Shown here piece after piece: positions 1 to 7,774 of a stretch of 53,702 bases of DNA. Every line of letters begins with the position of its first letter. The stretch's first letter is position 1. The stretch is from an uncultured Gammaproteobacteria bacterium (GTDB lineage: Bacteria > Patescibacteriota > Microgenomatia > UBA8517), in the NCBI GenBank assembly GCA_964583105.1, contig CAZOUV010000005.1, positions 1 through 53,702 of the forward strand, in the 5' to 3' direction. The notes below the pieces were generated by a model, which was given only the letters and a program-made list of their open reading frames with translations, was not told the origin of the DNA and did not search any database. Made by a program: the position numbers and the translations under genes.

Positions 1-510
1 TTTCGAAATCCATGTCGCAGCTTTATCTAAAGCAGACGGAGGAATTTCTTCTTCGGGAAGGTATGAAGAAAGGGCTTTTTTGATTTCTTCTTTGCTTTCC
101 TGCTTAATCACAAACTCCATCCTTCCGGGAAAATTGACTGTTTCTATAATTAAAATTTCATCATTTCCTCTTTTGGAAAACCAAAATCTTCCCATTAAGT
201 TCCAGTCGACCTTCTTACCTGCCATTGTTATTCCTCTTGTCGTAATTTTATATTCAACAGTTTGTGGTTCAACTGTATTCATTACGTAAAAAAGGAAAAT
301 AAGAGCAATAAGTAAAATTACAGGCATAAACCCTTCGGCAAGAAACAAAATAAGTCCGACAACAGAGGAAATTGCAATAGCAGTAATGTAAAACTGCCTG
401 GTTCTTCTTTTAAAGGGCCGTGCATATGCACTCCATGCAACCAAGTCCTGTTCAGGTTCACGCCTGACAACAACTGGTTCAGGTTCTTTAGTTTGGACAG
501 TTTCGGGCAT
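1..510 (-). CDS. hypothetical membrane protein (two TM helices followed by a soluble, possibly PH-like domain); C-terminus cut by window edge
   Basis: Absent from the ORF track because it runs off the window. Reverse-complement reading from the ATG at 510-508 gives MPETVQTKEPEPVVVRREPEQDLVAWSAYARPFKRRTRQFYITAIAISSVVGLILFLAEGFMPVILLIALIFLFYVMNTVEP..., open for all 170 codons to base 1. The + ORF 80..289 is its antisense shadow. Confidence 0.55.
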   Translation of the reverse strand, partial: MPETVQTKEPEPVVVRREPEQDLVAWSAYARPFKRRTRQFYITAIAISSVVGLILFLAEGFMPVILLIALIFLFYVMNTVEPQTVEYKITTRGITMAGKKVDWNLMGRFWFSKRGNDEILIIETVNFPGRMEFVIKQESKEEIKKALSSYLPEEEIPPSALDKAATWISK

Positions 511-591
511 ATGAATATTATACCTCATTTCCTGTACACCAACTAGAACAACACTATTGACTCGACATTCGGGTTTTATTAGAATTAATTA

Positions 592-1209
592 ATGCCCAGT
601 GGTTATCCTGCCAAAATTAAAGAATTGTATTCAAAAGGTTGGTCTATCAGGGCCATAGCTTCACAATTTCATACAAAAGATAGCACGGTCATTCGCTATA
701 TTGATAAAAATAAATTTTCTAACAGATCCTTGAGTTATATAAAAAACTGTGAAAGTAAACGCAAAGCATTTTTTGCCTTAGATCGTTTGAAAATAGGTAA
801 AATTGACAAAGAGAAAGCCAAATTTTATACCGCCCTACTTTATTGGTGTGAAGGATCCAAATATCCAGCAAGTAAGACTTTAAATTTTACAACAAGTGAT
901 ATGAAAATGCAGAAACTTTTCCTATCATTATTTAGAAAAGGGTTTAATCCAATCGAATCTAAGTTTAGAGTTTGGTTACAATTTCATAGTGAACAAAATA
1001 GAGAGAAATTATTTAAATATTGGTCAGATATTCTTAAAATTCCCGTTTCTCAATTCATGAAACCTGGTATAACTGATAAAAAAGGTGGAAGATATAGGAG
1101 AATTTATTATGGAACTTGTTCTGTAAGATACGCTGATTATTCAATGATTTTGAGAATGATGGGAATTTATCAAAGATTTTATAAAAGGGCGTTCTCCGCT
1201 TTAGTCTGA
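592..1209 (+). CDS. HTH domain + LAGLIDADG-like (single motif) homing-endonuclease-like protein
   Basis: 205-aa ORF. The N-terminus resembles a resolvase/Hin-type HTH (YSKGWSIRAIASQFHTKDSTVIRYI). The central ALLYWCEGSK fits the LAGLIDADG pattern (hydrophobic run, acidic residue, Gly). Motif-level call only. Confidence 0.5.
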   Translation: MPSGYPAKIKELYSKGWSIRAIASQFHTKDSTVIRYIDKNKFSNRSLSYIKNCESKRKAFFALDRLKIGKIDKEKAKFYTALLYWCEGSKYPASKTLNFTTSDMKMQKLFLSLFRKGFNPIESKFRVWLQFHSEQNREKLFKYWSDILKIPVSQFMKPGITDKKGGRYRRIYYGTCSVRYADYSMILRMMGIYQRFYKRAFSALV

Positions 1210-1225
1210 TATAATTGTCATGCTT

Positions 1226-1310
1226 GGAGGCGTCGGATAGTGGTTTATTCCAGGGGCTTGCTAAGCCTCGCCCCGTAAGGGGCTCGTGAGTTCGAATCTC
1301 ACCGCCTCCG
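1226..1310 (+). tRNA. tRNA-Ser (anticodon GCU)
   Basis: Hand-folded cloverleaf. Acceptor GGAGGCG/CGCCTCC; anticodon stem GGGGC/GCCTC with loop TTGCTAA (GCT). Long variable arm GCCCCGTAAGGGGCTC; T arm GTGAG-TTCGAAT-CTCAC; discriminator G; CCA not encoded. Confidence 0.9.
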
Positions 1311-1314
1311 CTAA

Positions 1315-1406
1315 GGTGAGGTCGCATAGCGGACTAGTGCAGAAGACTTGAAATCTTCCGTGGCGATTTATCGTCACCGTGGGTTCGAATCCCACCCTCA
1401 CCGCCA
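1315..1406 (+). tRNA. tRNA-Ser (anticodon UGA)
   Basis: Acceptor GGTGAGG/CCTCACC; anticodon stem GAAGA/TCTTC with loop CTTGAAA (TGA). Long variable arm; T arm GTGGG-TTCGAAT-CCCAC; discriminator G; CCA encoded. Only 4 nt after the previous tRNA. Confidence 0.9.
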
Positions 1407-1668
1407 ATTGCATATAAATAATTAGGTGTTATATACTACTCCCATATGGCCACCGTTCTTCGGACTGAAGTTGGTAAACTAAATACGGCTGGGGGCATGA
1501 ATCTAAGAAGGGATGAATATAATAGTTTTTGTACATACTCCATACACTTAACAGAAGAAAAGAAAGCGTATTTAGCAACTCTTTTGGAATTGAAGAATAA
1601 AACCGAACCAAATAAAGAATTACAAACACCTTCTCCGGAAAGAAAATAAATCTTGGGTGTTTTAAAAA

Positions 1669-2274
1669 TCATTTCGCAATTGTAAGGCACAAAATTCTTT
1701 TTACCTCGCCTTCCCTTAACACTTTCGAGGCCGCTAGAAGTGTTGAACCAGTTGTCAAAATATCATCAAATAAAATAATTGTTTCGTTTTCTTGTAATTT
1801 GATCTTTTTGTTAAAAATGAAGGCTCTTTCCAAATTTTCTCTTCTTAAATTACCCGTCAGTTGAGTTTGGGGGATAGTTGGTTTTATTCTTACAAGCATA
1901 TCTGGAACAAATTTCCAATTCATCTTTTCGGCAATTAGCCTTCCTAACTCTTCGGATTGATTAAAACCCCTGAAATTTTTTCTTAATCTATGTAGAGGAA
2001 TCGGAACAAGTATGGCATTTTCGGGATCAATATTTTCTCTTTTTAAGATTCTGCAAATACTATCTACAAGCTCTTTGGTAATTGCGGTTGAGTATCTATA
2101 TTTTAGAGCTAGAATTGCCTTCCTAATAACTCCCTGATATCTCCAAACCGAATACACCCAATCTGAATTCCATCCATTTTTCTTTACTTTTTTTAAGCAG
2201 TCTGAACAGATATATTTACCGTAAAGGTTGCACTCCAAGCATTTTTTAGGAAAAAGTAAATCCAAAATAGCCAT
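1669..2274 (-). CDS. comF: ComF family protein (phosphoribosyltransferase-fold, ComFC-like)
   Basis: 201 aa. N-terminal Cys4 zinc-finger-like CLEC...CSDC and C-terminal PRTase motif IILFDDILTTGSTL. Confidence 0.85.
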   Translation of the reverse strand: MAILDLLFPKKCLECNLYGKYICSDCLKKVKKNGWNSDWVYSVWRYQGVIRKAILALKYRYSTAITKELVDSICRILKRENIDPENAILVPIPLHRLRKNFRGFNQSEELGRLIAEKMNWKFVPDMLVRIKPTIPQTQLTGNLRRENLERAFIFNKKIKLQENETIILFDDILTTGSTLLAASKVLREGEVKRILCLTIAK

Positions 2275-2297
2275 ATGAGGTACAATATTAAGTATAT

Positions 2298-2726
2298 ATG
2301 AGAATATTTAACCGAAAAGCCAAGTTTAATTATGATATTGAGGCGGGTTCCAATATGGAAGCAGGTATTTCTTTATCCGGGGGGGAAGCTAAATCTGTAA
2401 GGGAAAAACATGCTGATATTTCGGATAGCCAAATAAGGATTCTTTCCGGAGAAGCTTATCTTGTTAATGCTAATATTCCTGTCCTTGGAGCAAAACTTGA
2501 TCCCACAAGATCAAGAAAACTCCTACTTCATAAAAATGAGCTTCTTTCTATTGCCACTAAAGTAAAGCAGAAAAAACTGGTAATTTTGCCAATTAGCCTA
2601 TACAATAAAGGCCACTTAATTAAGCTTGAACTAGCCTTGGGGAAACCCAAGAAACAGTTCGAAAAAAGGGAGACAATTAAGCGCCGCGATATAGATCGGG
2701 AAATAGAAAAGGAGTTTAAATTATGA
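2298..2726 (+). CDS. smpB: SsrA-binding protein SmpB
   Basis: 142 aa. NRKAKFNYDIE...GISLSGGEAKS...TRSRKLLLHKNE is the typical SmpB core. It lies directly upstream of tmRNA. Confidence 0.93.
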   Translation: MRIFNRKAKFNYDIEAGSNMEAGISLSGGEAKSVREKHADISDSQIRILSGEAYLVNANIPVLGAKLDPTRSRKLLLHKNELLSIATKVKQKKLVILPISLYNKGHLIKLELALGKPKKQFEKRETIKRRDIDREIEKEFKL

Positions 2727-2965
2727 GCGCAGGTTTATTCAAACCAGGGTTAATTTCTGCAATAGAAGTATTCCTATCAAGATCTGGTGTAAAAGAATGT
2801 GAAGAGTTAATAAAAGAGCATCCAGAAATGGATCAGTTAGACGGGTACAATCTTGAACAAGCCGCCTTACAGTTAGCCGAAAATGCTAACTTTTGCGAAA
2901 AATGTGCACTTATGGGCATTACTGTCGTTGCACCAAAATCTTATGGCAAAGAATTTGCTTCATAG
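2723..2965 (+). CDS. hypothetical small soluble protein (80 aa)
   Basis: The ORF start overlaps the smpB stop in an ATGA arrangement, suggesting translational coupling. It ends 26 nt before tmRNA. No recognisable motif. Confidence 0.55.
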   Translation: MSAGLFKPGLISAIEVFLSRSGVKECEELIKEHPEMDQLDGYNLEQAALQLAENANFCEKCALMGITVVAPKSYGKEFAS

Positions 2966-2991
2966 GCCATAATGTGAGATAATTTGAGCTT

Positions 2992-3348
2992 GGGGACGAT
3001 CGGTTTCGACAGAAAGCTCTTTTAAAAGATAGCAAGCAGACATTGATTCTTAAGTCTTTGATTAGAATCAAAAAATTAAAGCTAATCAATCAAATGATTA
3101 CGCCCTAGCCTACGCGCAAGCGTAACTAGCATCCTGAGATTTGATTCTCGACCGAATCAACTGGGTGTAAACCCGTTCGAGATGCTTTACGGATTTTAAC
3201 GATTTACAGATCCGTAACCAAGACAAATAAATCTTACTTTAACTTGCGGGTAAATAGCTTAAGGTTAGAGGAAATTTAAAATTTTACTAAGCTTGTAGAC
3301 ATCTTTTATACGACTTTTTGGACGAGGGTTCGATTCCCTCCGTCTCCA
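2992..3348 (+). ncRNA. ssrA: tmRNA (SsrA)
   Basis: 5' end GGGGACGATCGGTTTCGACAG and 3' end GGACGAGGGTTCGATTCCCTCCGTCTCCA form the tRNA-like acceptor (GGGGACG/CGTCTCC) and T arm. Internal tag frame GCT AAT CAA TCA AAT GAT TAC GCC CTA GCC TAC GCG CAA GCG TAA (3081-3125) reads ANQSNDYALAYAQA*. Confidence 0.9.
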
Positions 3349-3647
3349 CAAAATAATTTTTAATAAATGCCAAACAACAGAAGGCCAACCCACCACGTAT
3401 GCGGACAACTTATAGGTAATTCTGGGAACAAGAGGGGTGAAAGACATTTTGTAAACAAAATCCCAAGTAATATTAATTATATACCTTGCAGTGAACCTGT
3501 TGTTTGTGTTGAAGACGAGATTCCTAAAATTGAAGAGCAAGAAAATATTCCAATAAACAAAGAGGTAGAAAAATAATCCGAATATCTTTTGAATTTACAC
3601 GAATTTTATATATTGGTTAATATATACTGTATTTGATAATTTATTCC

Positions 3648-4898
3648 ATGAATAACACCCCAGATAAACCCAATTTATCAAGGAGGGATTTTCTTAAAAT
3701 CGCAGGTGCTGTTGGTGGTGGACTTGTTGTAAGCGCAGTAACACCAAAAACTCCAGACTTTTTAAAATATGTAGATGAATACGACGGACTTGTTACGGGC
3801 AAGGTTTTTGATCTGGAAAAAATACCAAGTAAAATACCCGACAGTCTTGTGGGTAAGGATATCCCAGAAAATAACTTGTGGTTTAAAAATGCGGATAAAA
3901 TACTCGAAGACGGAATAAGTATGTATCAATCATGGCAAAAAAAAGATTCTTCACTTAATAACCTGTTTTACTCAAAACCCGAAAATTATGTGGATGTACC
4001 TTCCCTGTATAATTTGTTGAAAAATAAAACTGTTCCTTTTTGGGATGAAATCAATATCCGAGACGGAGTTTGGAATAATATTGGCTATCTTTATGACTTG
4101 GCGTCAGAAGGTTTTGATATTCCATACTCAAGATGGTTTTATAGCTCTATAGATACAGTTAAAAGCACGCAAAACTTGATCGAAACCGATCCTGGAACCG
4201 GAATGGTTCAGAAAATAAGAAGGTTTATGAAAGAAAAATATGGGGACGGGTATGAAATATGGGACTCATGCAAAAATAATACTTTAAATGAAGAACAAAA
4301 AAGCCATATCATTCAAACTTCACAAAAATGGTTTTTTGATGCAATGTTTTATATAAACAAGATTAGGGATCAACAAAAAGAACCCATTTCAACCAATTTA
4401 CTCTTTGCATATTTTCTTCACGAAAATAAAGGAAATATTTTGGCAAGCACATGGGATACTACTATGTGGCTAAAAATAATTTCAAGAAACGATCCTACTA
4501 AAGATTTTTTATTTGACCCAAATTATGAACGAGCCAAGCAGACTTGCTATTTATTCAAAGATGAATTTTCAAAAACCATTTCGGCAAACTGGGTAATTGA
4601 TAATGTTGAGTCAAACAATGAAATACTAAATTATATTGGCGATTATGCAAAATACCCAGAATACAAAGACTATATGCCCGCAAACAGGGCGGGTGGACTT
4701 TATCACGCATGGAACATTATAGCTTTATCAATGACCATGCGTCCATTTTTAGTAAAAAGAATTACTGCCCTTCAGGCAAACCTAATATTAACCGATAACA
4801 TTCGTTGGACAGAGCATGGAAAAGTTAAAACCATCGCTGATATGGAAGTCGTAAGTAAGGCTGATAAAATTGATCGAATAATAAACATGTTCGATTAG
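3648..4898 (+). CDS. hypothetical exported protein with twin-arginine-type signal peptide
   Basis: The track ORF starts at TTG 3633; the first ATG at 3648 gives MNNTPDKPNLSRRDFLKIAGAVGGGLVVSAV, i.e. an SRRxFLK Tat motif plus h-region. The rest has no recognisable domain. Confidence 0.75.
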   Translation: MNNTPDKPNLSRRDFLKIAGAVGGGLVVSAVTPKTPDFLKYVDEYDGLVTGKVFDLEKIPSKIPDSLVGKDIPENNLWFKNADKILEDGISMYQSWQKKDSSLNNLFYSKPENYVDVPSLYNLLKNKTVPFWDEINIRDGVWNNIGYLYDLASEGFDIPYSRWFYSSIDTVKSTQNLIETDPGTGMVQKIRRFMKEKYGDGYEIWDSCKNNTLNEEQKSHIIQTSQKWFFDAMFYINKIRDQQKEPISTNLLFAYFLHENKGNILASTWDTTMWLKIISRNDPTKDFLFDPNYERAKQTCYLFKDEFSKTISANWVIDNVESNNEILNYIGDYAKYPEYKDYMPANRAGGLYHAWNIIALSMTMRPFLVKRITALQANLILTDNIRWTEHGKVKTIADMEVVSKADKIDRIINMFD

Positions 4899-4917
4899 CC
4901 CCTCCAGAATAAATTTA

Positions 4918-6777
4918 TTATATATGTTTTAGGTCAATCTGAAGAAGTTTGTCTTTAGTAAGGATAATTGCCTTTTTTAGTTCCTCAGAAATTACAATAG
5001 CTGTTCCTTCTTTTATTTTTTCCGACTGATATTGGGCAAGATAATCCCCATTTTTCTCAAGTACCACAAGCCTTCCATTATCTTTGTCCAACGAATAAAG
5101 ATAATTGTTTTCTTCATTTGTGTGGATAGATTGGATAGTATTTAATTCAGCTGTTTCAGAAATTTTAAATGCCATTGGGTTTCCTTGAGAAAATCTTGAA
5201 ATATTGGGTGTTGAAGTCAAAACCCATATGGTTCCATCTATCACAATTTCCCTAACTTTACTAAAATCCGCACTAATTCCTTCCGTTAACCAATCCTGTT
5301 TCGATCCGAAAGATTCGTTAGATCCCGCATATCTCCAAATTGCATTTTCACTTTTTGAAAGAAGATACATGTTTCCGGTATAGGCGTAAACCAAAATGTC
5401 TCCCTCCCATGTTTTTTCTGCAGCTTTCTTTTTTGCTGTTCCCAACAAATAAATTCCATCTGGAAATACCCCGTATACTGTATCTTGATATGCAAAAATG
5501 TCGATTGCTCCCTCAAGTTGTTCGGGGCCGACGACAACTTGTGTTTTTTTGGATTCGAAGTTAATTTTAACTACTTTCTTTCCGTTTCTATCAAAAACAA
5601 AGATATTTCCTCCAGTTAAAACCAATTTATCGCCGCCAAAACCACTTGAAAGAAGGGAAAGATCCAGGTATAAACTTGGTTCCTCTTTGTAAATTCCCAA
5701 AATCTCAGCCTCCTTTTGATCCAGTTTTTCTTTTAATGAGGCAAGTTCTTTGTCCTCAATTTCTTTAGCAAGTAAATTTTCAGTTTTAGTTCTACTTTCC
5801 AAGAAAAGTTCCCTTGCTCTTTTGGGATCAGTTAAAAATATGTTTTCTGCTTCATTTAAGCTATTTATTGCCCAAGTCAGTTCTTCTTGATATGTCTCTT
5901 TGTATTTTTTCGATGCATTTTGCTTAATGCCAAAGCCTATGCTTACAAAAAGAAGTACCAAAAGAATAATACCCACATAAAAGGTAGTTTTTTTGCTAAC
6001 GCCGGTGCTTTCATCCACACTTTTTTCTTTAACATAAATTTTTCTGTCAGGAATTATTTTTGAAAAAAGTTGTGTAATTTTTCTAAAAGAGATTTTTACG
6101 GGTTTATTAACAATAGGTTGTGGTTGTCTGGAAATTACTTTTTCGATAATCGTTTCCCTATCAAAACTTATGATAACAACTCCCATTCCTCCCGAATTGG
6201 GATTTGAGGAAACAACCGGAGCTAAAGATTCTGCTGATGCAGATGCCCCCGGACCTTCAAGAGAAGCCTTAAGTACACCAGATGGAAGGTTTTCAAAAAA
6301 TACTTTTGTCCCCAAAACCAGATAATCTTTTTCTTTGGGATATCCAGAGGCAACTGCAGCTTCCTGACCATAGCTTTCAATAATTGTTGCAACTGCCCCT
6401 TCCCTATAGATAACCACTTTTCCTCCTCCGTAAGCTGCAGAATAAACAACGTCTCCGACAATTGCGGTTGCAATTATTTCAACATCTCCCCATGTTTGGG
6501 AAAATTCACCTGCTACTTTGGAAACCGCACTTTTAAGAACATTAAATGGCGTTCCTTCCATGTTTCCGAAATATTCCTCATGAAGTCTTGAGAGAAGCTC
6601 TCTTCCTGCAGCAACCGAAGTTACCCCCTCTTCTTTTTTTCTTGTTCCTATAACCGCAAAGAAGTGTCCTCTTTTTTCCAGTTTTTCTAAGTCTTCAGGC
6701 TTAAATTCATGAACCTGGGTCCAACCCGAATCGTTGGGTGTTCCAGTAATTTTTGCAGAAAGTATAGTAAGGCTCAC
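4918..6777 (-). CDS. membrane protein: N-terminal PP2C/SpoIIE-like fold, one TM helix, coiled coil, C-terminal beta-propeller-like repeat region
   Basis: 619-aa ORF. N-terminus has HFFAVIG...DVVYSAAYGGGKVVIYREG...DYLVLGT (PP2C-like pattern, weak). TM helix TTFYVGIILLVLLFVSIGFGI. Function unknown. Confidence 0.7.
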   Translation of the reverse strand: MSLTILSAKITGTPNDSGWTQVHEFKPEDLEKLEKRGHFFAVIGTRKKEEGVTSVAAGRELLSRLHEEYFGNMEGTPFNVLKSAVSKVAGEFSQTWGDVEIIATAIVGDVVYSAAYGGGKVVIYREGAVATIIESYGQEAAVASGYPKEKDYLVLGTKVFFENLPSGVLKASLEGPGASASAESLAPVVSSNPNSGGMGVVIISFDRETIIEKVISRQPQPIVNKPVKISFRKITQLFSKIIPDRKIYVKEKSVDESTGVSKKTTFYVGIILLVLLFVSIGFGIKQNASKKYKETYQEELTWAINSLNEAENIFLTDPKRARELFLESRTKTENLLAKEIEDKELASLKEKLDQKEAEILGIYKEEPSLYLDLSLLSSGFGGDKLVLTGGNIFVFDRNGKKVVKINFESKKTQVVVGPEQLEGAIDIFAYQDTVYGVFPDGIYLLGTAKKKAAEKTWEGDILVYAYTGNMYLLSKSENAIWRYAGSNESFGSKQDWLTEGISADFSKVREIVIDGTIWVLTSTPNISRFSQGNPMAFKISETAELNTIQSIHTNEENNYLYSLDKDNGRLVVLEKNGDYLAQYQSEKIKEGTAIVISEELKKAIILTKDKLLQIDLKHI

Positions 6778-7001
6778 AATATCACAAATCCTATCACAAA
6801 AATTCCAACAGCAAAAAGAAAGTGCATCCAGCCGATCATTCTTATCAGCAGGTTAAATCCCATATCAACTGTTGTAAGCATAAGTTTAATTTGTCTAAGC
6901 ATAACAAGAGAAAAAACTATATACATAATAAGAAAGATAAGGACAAAGGTTTTTGCAACAAGCCAGATTGAAATTCCGAATATTACTGATGAACCTGCCA
7001 C
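6774..7001 (-). CDS. small integral membrane protein (75 aa, 2-3 TM)
   Basis: Very hydrophobic ORF. Its ends overlap both neighbours by 1-4 nt, so it sits inside a three-gene overlapping operon. Confidence 0.6.
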   Translation of the reverse strand: MAGSSVIFGISIWLVAKTFVLIFLIMYIVFSLVMLRQIKLMLTTVDMGFNLLIRMIGWMHFLFAVGIFVIGFVIL

Positions 7002-7654
7002 TATCTTGTCCTCCCTTCTATTTTTTCCTGTTCTTCCTCAACCCTTAATTCTCTTAAGACCCTTGCAACAAGATCGGGTTTTGAAACCGAAGAAAATTCG
7101 ATCCTCGGAACTTCACTTGCGGTTTGAATTAAAACATCGCCGTAATTAAAAACGGTTCTAATAACTCCTCCCATTCTGACGGTTACGTCCTGAATTTGAT
7201 CAATATTTGCCTCGCTAATTTCCCTGTAAACCAAATTCATAAAATCAACATCAAATATTCTTTCATCTGTTACGATACAGACATTGAAAAACCAGCCCAA
7301 AAAGGATTCAAAAGCAAAAGCGGTTGTCAATAAATACCAGATTGCAACCGAAATAAACTTAAAATTTTCTGGTAAAAAAGAGAGAATGGGAAATATTGAA
7401 AGAAACATTGGTGCAAAAAGAAGGATTAAAGTAATTAAAATCCAACCAATATTTGTAATAGGGTGTCTTCTTAAAAAAAGAATTATTTTTTCATCAGAAT
7501 CCTTTCCTATGAATTTGATTGTTGAGGGAAGATAGAAAAAGGAAGAAAACGGACCGTGGGAATATCTTTGCAAACCTTTAATGTTTAAACCCGGAGGAAC
7601 TTTGGGATTTACCGGAAGATTGGGCGCTTTATGAGCTTTAAATACGTCAGGCAT
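7001..7654 (-). CDS. membrane protein with bacterial PH (YdbS/YdbT-like) domain
   Basis: 217 aa. Two TM helices follow LFLRRHPITNIGW, then a soluble VTDERIFDVDF...GDVLIQTAS domain typical of bPH_2-like proteins. Confidence 0.7.
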   Translation of the reverse strand: MPDVFKAHKAPNLPVNPKVPPGLNIKGLQRYSHGPFSSFFYLPSTIKFIGKDSDEKIILFLRRHPITNIGWILITLILLFAPMFLSIFPILSFLPENFKFISVAIWYLLTTAFAFESFLGWFFNVCIVTDERIFDVDFMNLVYREISEANIDQIQDVTVRMGGVIRTVFNYGDVLIQTASEVPRIEFSSVSKPDLVARVLRELRVEEEQEKIEGRTR

Positions 7655-7774
7655 CTTAGTTTTCTAAAGTATACCACCCAAGTTAAATTTCCACTACTTC
7701 TTTTAAGAAAAATATAAATATCTTTACAAGGATAACTGTTTATGTTCTTAATATTATTTGTGTTCTTAAATACT

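Noticed and set aside
80-289. 69-aa plus-strand ORF at the left edge
   Set aside because: It lies antisense inside a longer open frame on the minus strand (510 to the window edge) that has a convincing TM-plus-soluble-domain translation. It is a low-complexity shadow ORF.
1055-1327. 90-aa minus-strand ORF
   Set aside because: It overlaps the end of the HTH/LAGLIDADG-like gene and runs through tRNA-Ser(GCU). Part of its translation is simply the tRNA read backwards.
1429-1690. Three mutually overlapping 66-84-aa ORFs in the spacer between tRNA-Ser(UGA) and comF
   Set aside because: They compete for the same DNA, and none has a ribosome-binding site or a recognisable motif. The region is a convergent spacer. 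I also looked for an SRP, 6S or RNase P RNA signature and a clean terminator hairpin and found neither.
3265-3576. ORFs 3265..3540 (-) and 3367..3576 (+) downstream of tmRNA
   Set aside because: The minus ORF reads through the tmRNA 3' domain. The plus ORF has no RBS, odd composition and no motif. I treat 3349-3647 as intergenic (the promoter/leader of the Tat-signal gene). tmRNA 3' ends are integration hot spots, so I looked for a repeat of the tmRNA 3' end or an integrase and saw none.
5286-6473. Short ORFs (5286..5537, 5340..5564, 5498..5692, 6222..6473) inside the 619-aa gene, and similar nested ORFs across the window (for example 8092..8436, 13112..13348, 17523..17861, 24381..24779, 45495..45746)
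   Set aside because: All are embedded in or antisense to much longer ORFs with recognisable domains. Their translations are low-complexity and lack motifs, as expected for frame shadows.
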